Below are positions 29,362 through 39,636 of a stretch of DNA of 64,000 nt, piece by piece; within the stretch, counting starts at the first letter, position 1, and each line of letters begins with the position of its first letter. Both the position numbers and the translations under genes were made by a program. Origin of the DNA: Patescibacteria group bacterium (GTDB lineage: Bacteria > Patescibacteriota > Minisyncoccia > Phycocordibacterales > UBA918); the NCBI GenBank assembly GCA_040386275.1, contig JAZKFU010000003.1:46554-110553 (forward strand). The letters run 5' to 3'. The notes beneath the pieces are model-generated. The model was given only the letters and a program-made list of their open reading frames with translations, had not been told where the DNA came from and searched no databases.

Positions 29362-29700
29362 CTAACTTACGTTTATATTCACTGCCATCACTTCAATTGA
29401 TCCTCCCGGAATTGCAAAATGCGGATGGTTAACAAATAAGCTTGCTGCGGCCTCAAGTGAGTCTGCCTCTACAAAGGAGTACATCATAATGTCATTTCGT
29501 GCGTCTTCAATTCCTGAGGCCGTAATACGTTTTGGTCTCCCTACCCCGGCGGTTTCTTTGATAACGTCAGTATGATGTTGCATCCAGTCATTCCACTGTG
29601 ATTGCATGACCGCTTCTTGAGTTTTACGTTCGGCTTCAGGTAACCCCATCCAGGCATCAAGTCCTTCGTGCGGCATTTGGTACGTGACGATGAATTTCAT
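29362..29700 (-). CDS. YciI-like dimeric alpha-beta barrel protein
   Basis: W-x-x-W, YSFVEADSLEAA, HPH and IEV motifs. Confidence 0.65.
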   Translation of the reverse strand: MKFIVTYQMPHEGLDAWMGLPEAERKTQEAVMQSQWNDWMQHHTDVIKETAGVGRPKRITASGIEDARNDIMMYSFVEADSLEAAASLFVNHPHFAIPGGSIEVMAVNINVS

Positions 29701-29805
29701 ATACAGTAATTATAACCCACCGGTGATTGTTAATACAGCCTCCGACCTGTCCCTGATTTCATTTCAGAAAACAAAAGGCCTCATCTATTATGGTAAAATT
29801 TCTTC

Positions 29806-30171
29806 ATGAACGCCGATACAAAAAAGATTCCCCGGATATATACCATGAGCTTTGCGAGCGTCTATGTTTTGTATATCAAAAAAGTCGAACGGAAAGGTCG
29901 GAGTAAAGACGAAGTTGATACCGTTATCAAATGGCTCACCGGTTACACCCAAGCAAAATTAAACAGCCAAATTAAAAAGCAAACCAATTTTGAAGACTTT
30001 TTTAATCAAGCGCCAAAACTAAACCCATCTCGGCAATTAATTACCGGGGTTATTTGTGGTGTACGCATTGAAGACATTACCGACCCTCTTATGCGCGAAA
30101 TTCGCTACCTCGATAAACTCGTAGACGAGTTAGCGAAAGGCAAAGACTTGGCTAAAATTTTACGGAAATAA
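29806..30171 (+). CDS. DUF2200 family protein
   Basis: MSFASVY...KVERKGR...WLTGY...[11 protein letters not shown]...[15 protein letters not shown]. Confidence 0.92.
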   Translation: MNADTKKIPRIYTMSFASVYVLYIKKVERKGRSKDEVDTVIKWLTGYTQAKLNSQIKKQTNFEDFFNQAPKLNPSRQLITGVICGVRIEDITDPLMREIRYLDKLVDELAKGKDLAKILRK

Positions 30172-30172
30172 A

Positions 30173-30979
30173 TTAGAACAACGCCACTAGTCGTTCAAAA
30201 AACCACACAATTGCAATTACCGAAATAATAATTGCGACTATCTTTACCGCCCGTGGATACCAGGTTTTTTGTTTACAATACAGCAATACTGGCAGTGCGA
30301 TTACAATAATCAGCAACTGTCCCAGTTCTATCCCAATATTGAATGACAACAATGAGGAGAGAAAGGTTTCTTTAGGTACTGAAATTTCGGTGAGTAACCC
30401 AGCAAACCCTAAACCGTGAAATAAACCGAAGAAAAAGACCAAGGCTGTCTTGGCCCACTGATGCGCCATAACTCGCAAATGTCCAAAAAATGTCGTTACT
30501 ATTGCCACTACTGCAATAGATAAGGCTATCACCGGCTCAACAATAGCAGATGACAAAACCAGAGTTCCCGTTCCTGCCAAAATTAACGTGAGTGAATGCG
30601 CAATAGTAAACGTAGTGACCAATCTAAATATTTCACCCACCGATACAAACATCAGCAGTAACGAGAGCACAAACAAAATATGGTCGGGACCAGCGAGAAT
30701 ATGCTCAATCCCTAACGAGACAAAATCTTTAGCATTATGAAAAAATCCCGCATCATTATTTTGCGTTAAGAGCGTAATATCATCAGCAGATGATACTCTA
30801 ATTTTTTCCGCCACTTCCGGACTTTGTGTTTCGGCAAATTCATTAATTTCCTCACTGGTAGCATCGGGATTTTCTTTTAGGAAATTAATAACCTCTTGAG
30901 GCAATAGTTCATGGGCTTTAACCTGTATCGTAACGGTAAACAGGAACATCAAGATAGTTACAGCCAGTACGTATTTCAT
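30173..30979 (-). CDS. HupE/UreJ family membrane protein
   Basis: AHE N-terminus, GIEHIL-x-GPDHILF, FTIAHSLTL, FGLFHGLGFA, FNIGIELGQ. Confidence 0.92.
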   Translation of the reverse strand: MKYVLAVTILMFLFTVTIQVKAHELLPQEVINFLKENPDATSEEINEFAETQSPEVAEKIRVSSADDITLLTQNNDAGFFHNAKDFVSLGIEHILAGPDHILFVLSLLLMFVSVGEIFRLVTTFTIAHSLTLILAGTGTLVLSSAIVEPVIALSIAVVAIVTTFFGHLRVMAHQWAKTALVFFFGLFHGLGFAGLLTEISVPKETFLSSLLSFNIGIELGQLLIIVIALPVLLYCKQKTWYPRAVKIVAIIISVIAIVWFFERLVALF

Positions 30980-30989
30980 ATACTCTATT

Positions 30990-32255
30990 TTAATTAGTAA
31001 AAACGGTCGAGTTTAAAAGCGCCCCGTACGTCGAAAGATTTTTTGCTGTAGCAGCATACGACTCAGCCTGTTTTGTATTATTGTTAGCAGCATATATGGT
31101 ACTCGCGAGCATTACAATATCCGGGTCATATTCACCGATCCTCATAGCCTCGGTAATTTTTTCCTCAGCTTCAGTTAGTTTATTATTTTTATATAATGCA
31201 AACGCATACGTGTAGGCAGCAAATAGTGACGGACGCGCATCATACGCCCGGCTAGCCCGTGTGAGTGCCTCCCCTCCATCCCCGTGTCTGGCCAAAAAGT
31301 AGGCGTATTCCAAATCAACATTTACGCCTTTTGAATCTCTATAAGCAAGGTCAGCCAGGGTATAGTATTGCTCCGCTTTCCCAACCTCTTTTTCAAGAGT
31401 GTAATAGTCACCCAAGGTCGTGGCGTACTGAGCTATAGGTAACACTTCAAATGCTTTAGTAAAATAAAGTAAAGCTTCATTTTTATCTCCTGCATCATAC
31501 GCAACTCGTCCTAACCCCTCCAGCGCCGGAGCGTAGTTAGGATAGAGCGCTAGAGCCTGCTCAAATTGTTTTTTCGATTCATCTGTAGCGGTGCCAAATA
31601 AAAGTTTACCCCATTCAACGTGCGCCCAAGCAATGTTTTCAGTGTAGACACTTCCGGCTGAAATAGCTGCTTCAAGAGCTTCACGTGCTCCTTCCTTATC
31701 TCCATATAATTCTCGCACGTACGCTATCCGTGTATAGGAACTGAAATTCGGTTTTAGCGAAACCATTTTTTGCAGTGATTGTTGAGCTGCTTCATACTGA
31801 CCCAATTCAATCTCTGCATCGGTTTTAATCCCATAATACGTTGCAGCCGTATCATCAAGGGCAAGCGCCTCGTTTATCAGTTCTAAGCCTTCGTTAAATT
31901 CATGACGACCATTAGCTAGCTCCGCACGTTTAGCCAGCACTCGGGCATCGGTTGGACGAGCAGATTGGGCCGTAGTCAAAACGGTATCAATTTTTTCATA
32001 CAATCGAGCATCTCCCGTCTCCCGAATAGTTTGCAGGTACAATTCAGATAATGATAACGCTATATTTACATTAGTGGGATCAGCTGCTAATTGTGCTTCT
32101 ACTGTAGCGACGCGTGCACTTGTAGCAGTAGGTATTTCAGCTACAACCTCACTTTTGGCGTCGTTAATTTGTGACCAAATATAAAGTCCGCTACTCACCA
32201 TAGCTATGCTAGCGACGAGGGCAAAAAGTGTATTACTGGTGAGTGTCTTAGACAT
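30990..32255 (-). CDS. Membrane-anchored tetratricopeptide repeat protein
   Basis: N-terminal TM and multiple TPR-like helical repeats; lies between DUF4331 and HupE/UreJ. Confidence 0.85.
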   Translation of the reverse strand: MSKTLTSNTLFALVASIAMVSSGLYIWSQINDAKSEVVAEIPTATSARVATVEAQLAADPTNVNIALSLSELYLQTIRETGDARLYEKIDTVLTTAQSARPTDARVLAKRAELANGRHEFNEGLELINEALALDDTAATYYGIKTDAEIELGQYEAAQQSLQKMVSLKPNFSSYTRIAYVRELYGDKEGAREALEAAISAGSVYTENIAWAHVEWGKLLFGTATDESKKQFEQALALYPNYAPALEGLGRVAYDAGDKNEALLYFTKAFEVLPIAQYATTLGDYYTLEKEVGKAEQYYTLADLAYRDSKGVNVDLEYAYFLARHGDGGEALTRASRAYDARPSLFAAYTYAFALYKNNKLTEAEEKITEAMRIGEYDPDIVMLASTIYAANNNTKQAESYAATAKNLSTYGALLNSTVFTN

Positions 32256-32327
32256 ATGTGAATAGAGTAATTGTACGGAATACTATCCGAAACACGAGCG
32301 TCAATGCGCCCGTGTTCCAAATACTAT

Positions 32328-33815
32328 TTACTGTTGATGCGGCACTGATTCAAAACCACTCCATGGCAGCGCGAGGTACGGGAAAGTAGTTCTAAATTCA
32401 GCATCGTTTTTATCTACCCCATCACCCAACTGTGCGGCGAGTGGGTCTGCGTTAAATTCTGGATGAAAGAGTGGGTAGGCGGCTCCGGCCACTGCTTTAA
32501 TCGAGATATCAGTCACATCGTCAGCGAGTCGACGGCCGTTTGGATACCCTTGATTATCGCCAGCAACTACTCCGAGACTATTTGGAGTCACGGTTGGAGC
32601 TACAGCGAGGTTCAATCGAAGTTGTTCAGACGGAGTTACGGTAGCTGTCTTAGTTAACCCGGGGATACCGGTAAGGAAGATGGCAATTAAGTCATCACGT
32701 TGCTTGTCTGTTCCAAACGCTCCTTGAGGTGGAACTTGGATGTTATACAACGCCTTAAGGAGATTACCGAGTTCTGGATTGGCTACGTATTGAGCAAATT
32801 GTGCATCGTCACTTGGCTTTGATGCGTTCCATACATCTTTATCACCGAGCGGGATAACCACTTCGTTCACGAGCGGTGCACCCAACCGTGAGACTTGCAC
32901 CCAGTCACCTTTATCTTTATTGTGTTTTGGATCCTTATCTTTTGCATTGCGCAATACATTCATTGCTTGTCGTGAAGAGGTAGTCCAGACACCAACTACA
33001 GCATTATCTGCTTCTACTTGAGTTGGCACTTTTCCGTCCTTAGATAGTTCTGTGATGGGTACTTGAATAGCAATTGATTGCACATTGTATCCTTTGAGAC
33101 CATCTACACCTCCACCATCATTACCCGGCAACTTTCGAATCGTTAGAAGATCAAACAATCCTCCTAAATCAACAAAGAATGGATCATCACTTTGTCCGGC
33201 AAATACCTTCCCACCACTTGATAGTGGCGTTATAGCCATGTCTTGTAGTTTCTTGTAGTCAGGAGTTGATTTTGGACCAACGTTTGAGGGTGGTACTGGC
33301 ACATTATCTCCAATCACAATACTTTTACTTTTACCTTTATCGTCATACGCCACCTTGGTCACGGTGTATTTCTGACGGACATTAAAGTCTGGATCATTTA
33401 AGGCAGTGATTGCTCCTGTGTTATAGAGGAAGGTGTTTTTGTTATTTATTGTAGTTGTAAATCGAAATTGGTAGGCAATGTCTTCTTTTGCATCACCATC
33501 GTTATCGATTTTAATTTCGTACAGTACATTATCATCAAACGAGTAAAAGTTTGGTCCTCCACCCGGTTCTTGAAATGGTAGGTAGTTAGCGATAATGGTT
33601 GCAGTTTTTGCATTATCGGGACTCACAAACGCAAAGAGGTCAGTAGCGTCAGCTTTCGGGTCGCCACTAATCATCGGTGCTTCGCGGTGACTCGAAGCGC
33701 TGGTGAATTGACTTACTCCCAGCAACCCCGCTACGGTTCCCGCAATTAATACGAGCGTCACTCCTTTTGTACCTATTCTTTTAACATCACTTTGATAATT
33801 ATTTATATGATACAT
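32328..33815 (-). CDS. DUF4331 domain secreted protein
   Basis: ASSHREAP, D-x-TDLFAF, FAGQ-x-DDPFFVDL, QVSRLG-x-PLVNE, GYPNGRRL-x-DDV-x-D, FPYL. Confidence 0.92.
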   Translation of the reverse strand: MYHINNYQSDVKRIGTKGVTLVLIAGTVAGLLGVSQFTSASSHREAPMISGDPKADATDLFAFVSPDNAKTATIIANYLPFQEPGGGPNFYSFDDNVLYEIKIDNDGDAKEDIAYQFRFTTTINNKNTFLYNTGAITALNDPDFNVRQKYTVTKVAYDDKGKSKSIVIGDNVPVPPSNVGPKSTPDYKKLQDMAITPLSSGGKVFAGQSDDPFFVDLGGLFDLLTIRKLPGNDGGGVDGLKGYNVQSIAIQVPITELSKDGKVPTQVEADNAVVGVWTTSSRQAMNVLRNAKDKDPKHNKDKGDWVQVSRLGAPLVNEVVIPLGDKDVWNASKPSDDAQFAQYVANPELGNLLKALYNIQVPPQGAFGTDKQRDDLIAIFLTGIPGLTKTATVTPSEQLRLNLAVAPTVTPNSLGVVAGDNQGYPNGRRLADDVTDISIKAVAGAAYPLFHPEFNADPLAAQLGDGVDKNDAEFRTTFPYLALPWSGFESVPHQQ

Positions 33816-33859
33816 AATTGTTACGATTATTATTACTTAATAACGTTAACTAATTATAC

Positions 33860-33882
33860 TATACTTAACTAAGTTAAGTATA
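33860..33882. promoter_or_regulatory. Perfect 11-1-11 palindrome, candidate repressor operator of the DUF4331 operon
   Basis: TATACTTAACT-A-AGTTAAGTATA, ~45 bp upstream of the DUF4331 start, in the AT-rich promoter region. Confidence 0.55.
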
Positions 33883-33958
33883 TTGCCAAGGGGATATTTC
33901 CGTATCATAAAAAGCACCCTCGAGTATACGGGTGCTTATGCACTTATTAGCATGTACC

Positions 33959-34489
33959 CTACAATGTAATTCCCGCGCTCTCTTCGGCGGCAGCGTTTAT
34001 GGTAAACCACCCAGCAATGGGTTCCCCGTTACTGCCCTCAATCGGAGTATCTATTGACGGGTCAAACGTGTCATCACCATTAGATTCACTATGTAGCATC
34101 GCCCAAAGTTTCTCACCGTCGCTTGCGTCTCGACTCAATGCAACAAAAACGTCGTCATTTTCTCCCGCCGCCAACAGTGAACTTGTGCCGAGGATATCTC
34201 CCGGTTTCCCATTACCATCAGCGTGGATTACTACATACCCCGGCATTTTCAAATCTACCTTGTTTACTTGAACACGTGCCCCCGGACGTTGCTCCATAGC
34301 AAACACGGCGTTATCTTCCATTTGCAAACCACTCGTGGTGTCTCCACTAGTCGCAGTGGTTGAACTTTCTCCACCAAAAATATCAGGCATCTCTACCCCA
34401 CTCGTAAGTGGGTTTTCACGATTACTCATAAAATAATACAATCCACCGATAACAATTAGGGCAATAAGGATAAATACGATATATCTCAT
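33959..34489 (-). CDS. Exported single-TM protein (DUF7282-like), paralog of 28765-29286
   Basis: PGYVVIH, ILGTSSLL-x-AG, WAMLHSESNGD-x-x-F. Confidence 0.7.
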   Translation of the reverse strand: MRYIVFILIALIVIGGLYYFMSNRENPLTSGVEMPDIFGGESSTTATSGDTTSGLQMEDNAVFAMEQRPGARVQVNKVDLKMPGYVVIHADGNGKPGDILGTSSLLAAGENDDVFVALSRDASDGEKLWAMLHSESNGDDTFDPSIDTPIEGSNGEPIAGWFTINAAAEESAGITL

Positions 34490-34598
34490 ACAATAATTAT
34501 AACAAATCAGAGTAACAAAATCACAATCGAGCTTCGCGCTACACTACAAACAAAAAGACCCACCACCACAAGCAGGTCTTTCTGCTGTGCACAGTAGG

Positions 34599-34877
34599 TC
34601 AGTGCCGTAAGTGAACATAGGGTGAAAGTGCGTCGAGGAATCGTTGCCGATCTTCCTTTTTGCCACCGGTTGCAATAGCTACAATTCGATAATTCAATGC
34701 ACCATCAGAAATGACACGCAAGGTTGTTCCGACCGTTTCGCGCCATACACTCACGATAAACGTGGAGTCTGGAAACAAAAGCTGGTTCTTAGTTTCGTCA
34801 CCCAGCCACCAGGTAGATTGCCCAATTGTTCGCTCTTTCATGTGTGGTGGTGAATAAAGAATCATTACTAATCGCAT
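34599..34877 (-). CDS. Hypothetical protein (orphan)
   Basis: SD GGGGAGGT just upstream of ATG 34877, with a downstream hairpin. Confidence 0.55.
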   Translation of the reverse strand: MRLVMILYSPPHMKERTIGQSTWWLGDETKNQLLFPDSTFIVSVWRETVGTTLRVISDGALNYRIVAIATGGKKEDRQRFLDALSPYVHLRH

Positions 34878-35036
34878 GTGCACCTCCCCTGTATCCGTTT
34901 TAAATAATACTCTTCAGACTTGAAAACTTCAAACATTACCTTAATAAAGAAGCGTCAAAATCCAGACCCAGTGCAGTTGACATTTATAAATATTAATACA
35001 TAATATTAAAAGAAGCACATTGTTAGGAGGACCACC

Positions 35037-36329
35037 ATGACCCGCAACGCTCGTCCTACCCCCGGCCAAATACTCAGCCGACGCACCATTTCTGAAGTGC
35101 GTCGCTACAAGGTCTGGGACTGCTCGAGCTGTGGCGTCACTGGCCTCAACTCAAAAAAATGTAAACAGTGCCCTCAGTGTGGGAACTCAAAAGACGCCAG
35201 CGACAACGAGGAGCGTTCTGTTACCGAAGTTGACGCGAACTACAAACATGAAGGGGCCGACATCACCTGTGAATTCTGCCAGACGGAAAATGAAAAGCGT
35301 TTCAGCTGCAAGCAGTGTGGCGCAGCGCTTAATTCAAAATTCGCCAAACAGGTACAGGGGTTTACTCACGCCCAGGCACTCATCATACCCACGCGCGAGG
35401 TACAGATTGACGATACCGGCTTTCTGCCTGATGCCGTTGAAACACCCTGGAACGATGGCTCTGCGCCGGTTGTTCTTAAAGAGCCGGCACCGGAAGTCCA
35501 CGCGCTTGAGCCGTCACCTCCTGAAGTAAAACCAAAGCGCTCTACTGCCGCTCCCCAAAAAGTCTGGGTAACAGAAACCAAAGAGGTGATAAGCGAGAAA
35601 CGTCCAACGTTTTGGATTGCTATCGCAGTGGCAGTGGTTGTAGTGTTGTTCATCTTTGGCATGTTTGTGTACAACCAATTGCACACGTTCACGCCAACAA
35701 CCGCTCGTGTAGCTTCTGTTTCCTGGACCTACTCTCAACCGCTTGAAGACTACGCGGCCCGGAATCATTCATTTGAAACCGAGCACGCCTTCTGGCGACC
35801 GCCCAATGATGCGTATGACATCAGGGACGATATGGTGATTATGCGTTCCGAGCCGATTCTCGAACAAGTGTGGGTTTCAAAGTCCTGCACGCGTACAGAA
35901 AACAGTTCCTACGATGACACCGATGGTACCTGGGTACAAAAGTCTGAACTCGTCACCTACGACTGTTCGGAATACGAAACCAAACAAGTGGGCACCACTC
36001 CAATTATGGGCACCCGTTGGACTTGGAAAGAGATGGAGTGGGCACCCACAACACCTCTAACCGCCCGCGGGGATAGTCACACCGTGACCTACCCGCAGTT
36101 TGTTCCAACCAACACCCTGAGGCGGGGCGGAACCGCTACCACCACCTTTAGCGTCCTGTTCACGTATACGGACGATGATGGTGAGATTCAGTCTGCCAAG
36201 CGTGACTACTCTCGACCCATCTGGGAACAGACAAAAGTCGGCATGACCTTTGATGGACTGGTAGACGGTTTCGACCGTCTCAAAGCTATCAAAGGTCTCG
36301 ACCCTGAGTACACAGAACTGATGAAGTAA
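35037..36329 (+). CDS. Zinc-ribbon-containing bitopic membrane protein
   Basis: Four CxxC pairs (CSSC, CPQC, CEFC, CKQC), Pro-rich linker, one TM, beta-rich C-terminal domain. TAGGAGG SD and an upstream TTGACA. Confidence 0.8.
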   Translation: MTRNARPTPGQILSRRTISEVRRYKVWDCSSCGVTGLNSKKCKQCPQCGNSKDASDNEERSVTEVDANYKHEGADITCEFCQTENEKRFSCKQCGAALNSKFAKQVQGFTHAQALIIPTREVQIDDTGFLPDAVETPWNDGSAPVVLKEPAPEVHALEPSPPEVKPKRSTAAPQKVWVTETKEVISEKRPTFWIAIAVAVVVVLFIFGMFVYNQLHTFTPTTARVASVSWTYSQPLEDYAARNHSFETEHAFWRPPNDAYDIRDDMVIMRSEPILEQVWVSKSCTRTENSSYDDTDGTWVQKSELVTYDCSEYETKQVGTTPIMGTRWTWKEMEWAPTTPLTARGDSHTVTYPQFVPTNTLRRGGTATTTFSVLFTYTDDDGEIQSAKRDYSRPIWEQTKVGMTFDGLVDGFDRLKAIKGLDPEYTELMK

Positions 36330-36347
36330 CTTTCATCACTTACCCAC

Positions 36348-36379
36348 GGCCGGTGCGTACCCACGCTCCGGCCTTTTTT
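36348..36379 (+). terminator. Intrinsic terminator
   Basis: GGCCGG-GCGT...ACGC-CCGGCC followed by a T-run. Confidence 0.6.
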
Positions 36380-36395
36380 AATATTGTCTCAACCT

Positions 36396-36995
36396 TTACC
36401 GAGCCTCCCCTTCAAAATTTGGTTCAACAATTGCCCACATCATCGTGTCGGTATCGAGTTTTAGATACGCACTTGTTCCCACTGAAGGAGGAGTTGTCAT
36501 TGGTTCGCCTTCTCTCCGCTTGGCATAATTAACCACCACTACATTTTTATGTCGCGGGTTTGGACTGTTTTCAATTGTTTGTGGCGCAATTCTGTCACCC
36601 AACAAAAAACCATCAGAACCCGTGTACCCGCTTTCAGTCTTAAGTGCAGCTACTGCATAATAAAATACGCCACTGCCTCCCGTTTCTTGCGTGAGTAAAA
36701 ACACCACATCCTCCTTGCCGTCATTATTTACATCACTTCGATATTCATTACCAAAATAACGCGTAGTAATCATTAAAGCAGAATCAGGCGCTGCGGAGTT
36801 TTCTGCCATACCGTTAGTAAGCTTGATACTCTTTCCATCAATGGTGTACGCAATATTTTTATAATCAATTTCAATTGGGATTGGCTGCTCCTTTTCACTA
36901 GTAGTTGTTAGTTCTGCAGGAGGAGAAGGTTTGAGAAAATAAAGGATGATAATAATTCCTACTATTACTACAATCCCTGAGATGATTTTTTTCAT
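36396..36995 (-). CDS. Hypothetical exported protein
   Basis: N-terminal TM; DVNNDGKED Ca-binding-like loop, GGSG-x-FYY, LGDRI. Confidence 0.75.
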   Translation of the reverse strand: MKKIISGIVVIVGIIIILYFLKPSPPAELTTTSEKEQPIPIEIDYKNIAYTIDGKSIKLTNGMAENSAAPDSALMITTRYFGNEYRSDVNNDGKEDVVFLLTQETGGSGVFYYAVAALKTESGYTGSDGFLLGDRIAPQTIENSPNPRHKNVVVVNYAKRREGEPMTTPPSVGTSAYLKLDTDTMMWAIVEPNFEGEAR

Positions 36996-37172
36996 TACTA
37001 TAAGCCTACCATAATATAAAGACTCCCTCTCCAGTATCGGTTACAAACGACGACTTTAATTTAAAAATAAAATATTGACCTGTCAATGAAAGACCGGGCT
37101 GTATTACGCGTAATAAAAAGTGGACGTCCGCATTATAGAAACTTGAGATTATTTAAACTAATCAACTATACT

Positions 37173-37355
37173 ATGACTAACACTAACCGTGGATCTGCAA
37201 CAATGGATGAACAAAAACAACGTCAACAAACAGCTCAATCTGGACAAAGCTCGGGAAAAGAAAATAACCCTGGAAACTTTGCTAATGACCCCAAGCGGGC
37301 GTCTGAAGCGGGTAGAGAAGGTGGAAAAAACAGCAAAGATGGCGGTCGAAGTTAA
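37173..37355 (+). CDS. KGG-motif general stress protein (YciG/GsiB-like)
   Basis: GNFANDPKRASEAGREGG signature. Likely start is ATG 37173. Confidence 0.85.
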   Translation: MTNTNRGSATMDEQKQRQQTAQSGQSSGKENNPGNFANDPKRASEAGREGGKNSKDGGRS

Positions 37356-37385
37356 TACTTAAATTAGCATGGTGACACAAACAAG

Positions 37386-37413
37386 AGAAAAACCTCCGGC
37401 CGGAGGTTTTTCT
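37386..37413. terminator. Bidirectional intrinsic terminator
   Basis: Perfect palindrome AGAAAAACCTCCGGCCGGAGGTTTTTCT between convergent genes. Confidence 0.65.
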
Positions 37414-37463
37414 AATTTTTCCTATACGCGCGTCTAGGTCTCTCCCTGATGGAACACTATCTT

Positions 37464-38243
37464 TTAAATAGCAGCTCCATCAAGACCACGATCGCTTATA
37501 TACTTTTCAAATACTTCAGGGTGTTTACCCTCAATGCAGTCTGTAACAAATAAATCTGAAGCTTCACTACTTTCAAACGTCATATACGCGAGCGCTCCTT
37601 CACATACAATTTGAGGATTGAGTTTTCCTGCCATTTGCGCTGGCTTGTTTGGGGTAAATTCAAACGAATTAATCCAGGCCTCATGTTCAGTATAGGTGCG
37701 GGCAGTTTCATCCATAAACGATACCTGAGCGACATAGATTAGATTAGCCTGCGCAATTACATATACCTGCGTTGGATACAGTCCATCAATCCGGTACGTC
37801 ACGGCATTAGCTCCCCCCACTACTGCTTCAACGGGTTGACCCATTGCTAAAGGAATATTAGAAACATTAGGCACAGCCTCAACCCATTGGGCTGGTTGTA
37901 GTTTTTGGTCGTTAGCATAAATAGAAAGCATCCATGATGGTGAACCTTCTCCCCCCACACGACTCTGTTCATCTTGGTAATCTGAGGTTGGCAGTAATCG
38001 TAGTGTCCGAACGGGCATTGGCTCGCTAACAGTATCCGGCATTTCAAGCACGGTATAGCCATCATCCCCTACTGGATAGTCAAAGGTTAACCCCTCCTCT
38101 GGTAACGTATAGGTTTCAGTCTGTACGTCTGCAGTGGTTTGGATTTCATCTCCTTGCTTTTCATTATAAATAAAAGTATTAAACGCAAAAAACAAAACCC
38201 CCAACCCTACTATTGTAGTCACAATGATCAAAATGTATTTCAT
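37464..38243 (-). CDS. Hypothetical exported protein
   Basis: N-terminal TM; C-terminal C-x-x-ALAYM-x-F...C-x-EG-x-HPEV module. Confidence 0.7.
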   Translation of the reverse strand: MKYILIIVTTIVGLGVLFFAFNTFIYNEKQGDEIQTTADVQTETYTLPEEGLTFDYPVGDDGYTVLEMPDTVSEPMPVRTLRLLPTSDYQDEQSRVGGEGSPSWMLSIYANDQKLQPAQWVEAVPNVSNIPLAMGQPVEAVVGGANAVTYRIDGLYPTQVYVIAQANLIYVAQVSFMDETARTYTEHEAWINSFEFTPNKPAQMAGKLNPQIVCEGALAYMTFESSEASDLFVTDCIEGKHPEVFEKYISDRGLDGAAI

Positions 38244-38332
38244 AAATATAAGTGTATGCCGATAAGACGATACACTTAGAGAACTCTTACACCAGCAAAA
38301 GTAATTTAGAAAAACCCAGTCGCAGTGACACG

Positions 38333-39535
38333 TTACTCCATCACTATCCGCACCAAAGACACCTGGGCTCCCTCCACCGCTACATAGACTGCTCCATCGG
38401 TGGGACCAACCGCTACATCCCGCACCCGCCAGCCTTCTTCTTTTAAGAGTGGTGCTTCTTCTATTAAACCTAAGTTAGTAACGGTAAAGCGAGCGAGGTA
38501 GCGACCGGCGAGACCACCGACTAATAAACTACCGCGCCAGGCTGGAAACATGTCACCGGTATAAAAAGTCATCCCCGCCGGCGGAAATCCGCTGGTACCA
38601 CATGACCACACAAACACTGGCGGCACGGTGTCAGGACGCTCTGCCGGCAACACCCCAAACGGTCGTCTCGTTACATAACTACACGCTTCGTGCGCTTCGG
38701 GCCATCCGTAGTTACCACCGGCTTTTATTATGTTAATCTCATCTCCTTGAAACTCGCCATGTTCACTGGACCATAGTTCATCAGTGTCCGGACGAAGCGC
38801 TAACCCTTGCGGGTTGCGGTGACCATACGAGTAAATCTCATTCAATATCGATTGATTAGTTACAAACGGATTATCAACGGGAATACTCCCATCCCGGTTC
38901 AACCGAATAATAGAACCATACGGATTTTGGGTATTTTGTGCCGTATGATCTTCAAAATTTTTATCTCCTCTGTCTCCTAACGTGAAATAAATGAACTGAT
39001 CTTTAACCACCAGCCGTGACCCAAAATGAGTCCCGCCGCTTTGATACGGTGCCGTATACAAGTCAGTCACATTATTCAGACTCTTTGTGGCGCTATCAAG
39101 TTGTGCACTTGCTACACGTGTAGCTTTACCACCCTCGCCCGCAACAGCATAGGTAAGGAAAATCACCTGGTCTTGCGCAAACTCAGGCGACACCGCCACA
39201 TCAAGCAATCCTCCCTGACCCTGAGTAGTAACCGCTGGTATATTTTCAATAGTGGAAATTTCTTTTGACGCAGTATCAATTAGATAGAGTTTCCCTAATC
39301 TTTCCGTAGCCAGCAACTGTGTTGTACCCGGAATAAACTCAAGCCCCCACAACTGCCCCACCCCTTCCGCCACCGCCTCAACCACTACCGACCCCACGTT
39401 CTCCATCTCCTGCCGCACCGGCAAAGCCACCTCCGGCACAGACGTGCGATTAGAGTAAGCAATATAACCCAATACACCCACCCCGATACTAACGAGCAGT
39501 AAAACCAAACCAAGAATTTTTAATCCCAATTTCAT
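38333..39535 (-). CDS. PQQ-dependent sugar dehydrogenase (GSDH family)
   Basis: QGGLLDVA, HFGSRL, SYGHRNPQG, EHG-x-x-x-GDEIN, GGNYGWP, RVRDV. Confidence 0.92.
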   Translation of the reverse strand: MKLGLKILGLVLLLVSIGVGVLGYIAYSNRTSVPEVALPVRQEMENVGSVVVEAVAEGVGQLWGLEFIPGTTQLLATERLGKLYLIDTASKEISTIENIPAVTTQGQGGLLDVAVSPEFAQDQVIFLTYAVAGEGGKATRVASAQLDSATKSLNNVTDLYTAPYQSGGTHFGSRLVVKDQFIYFTLGDRGDKNFEDHTAQNTQNPYGSIIRLNRDGSIPVDNPFVTNQSILNEIYSYGHRNPQGLALRPDTDELWSSEHGEFQGDEINIIKAGGNYGWPEAHEACSYVTRRPFGVLPAERPDTVPPVFVWSCGTSGFPPAGMTFYTGDMFPAWRGSLLVGGLAGRYLARFTVTNLGLIEEAPLLKEEGWRVRDVAVGPTDGAVYVAVEGAQVSLVRIVME

Positions 39536-39636
39536 ACCTCCATTTTACATTAATTGAACAATGTTGAAATCTTTATAATTTTTAATATTTCTCTTTAACC
39601 TTGAGTATTCTAGAATAACTATAATATAATCATTCT

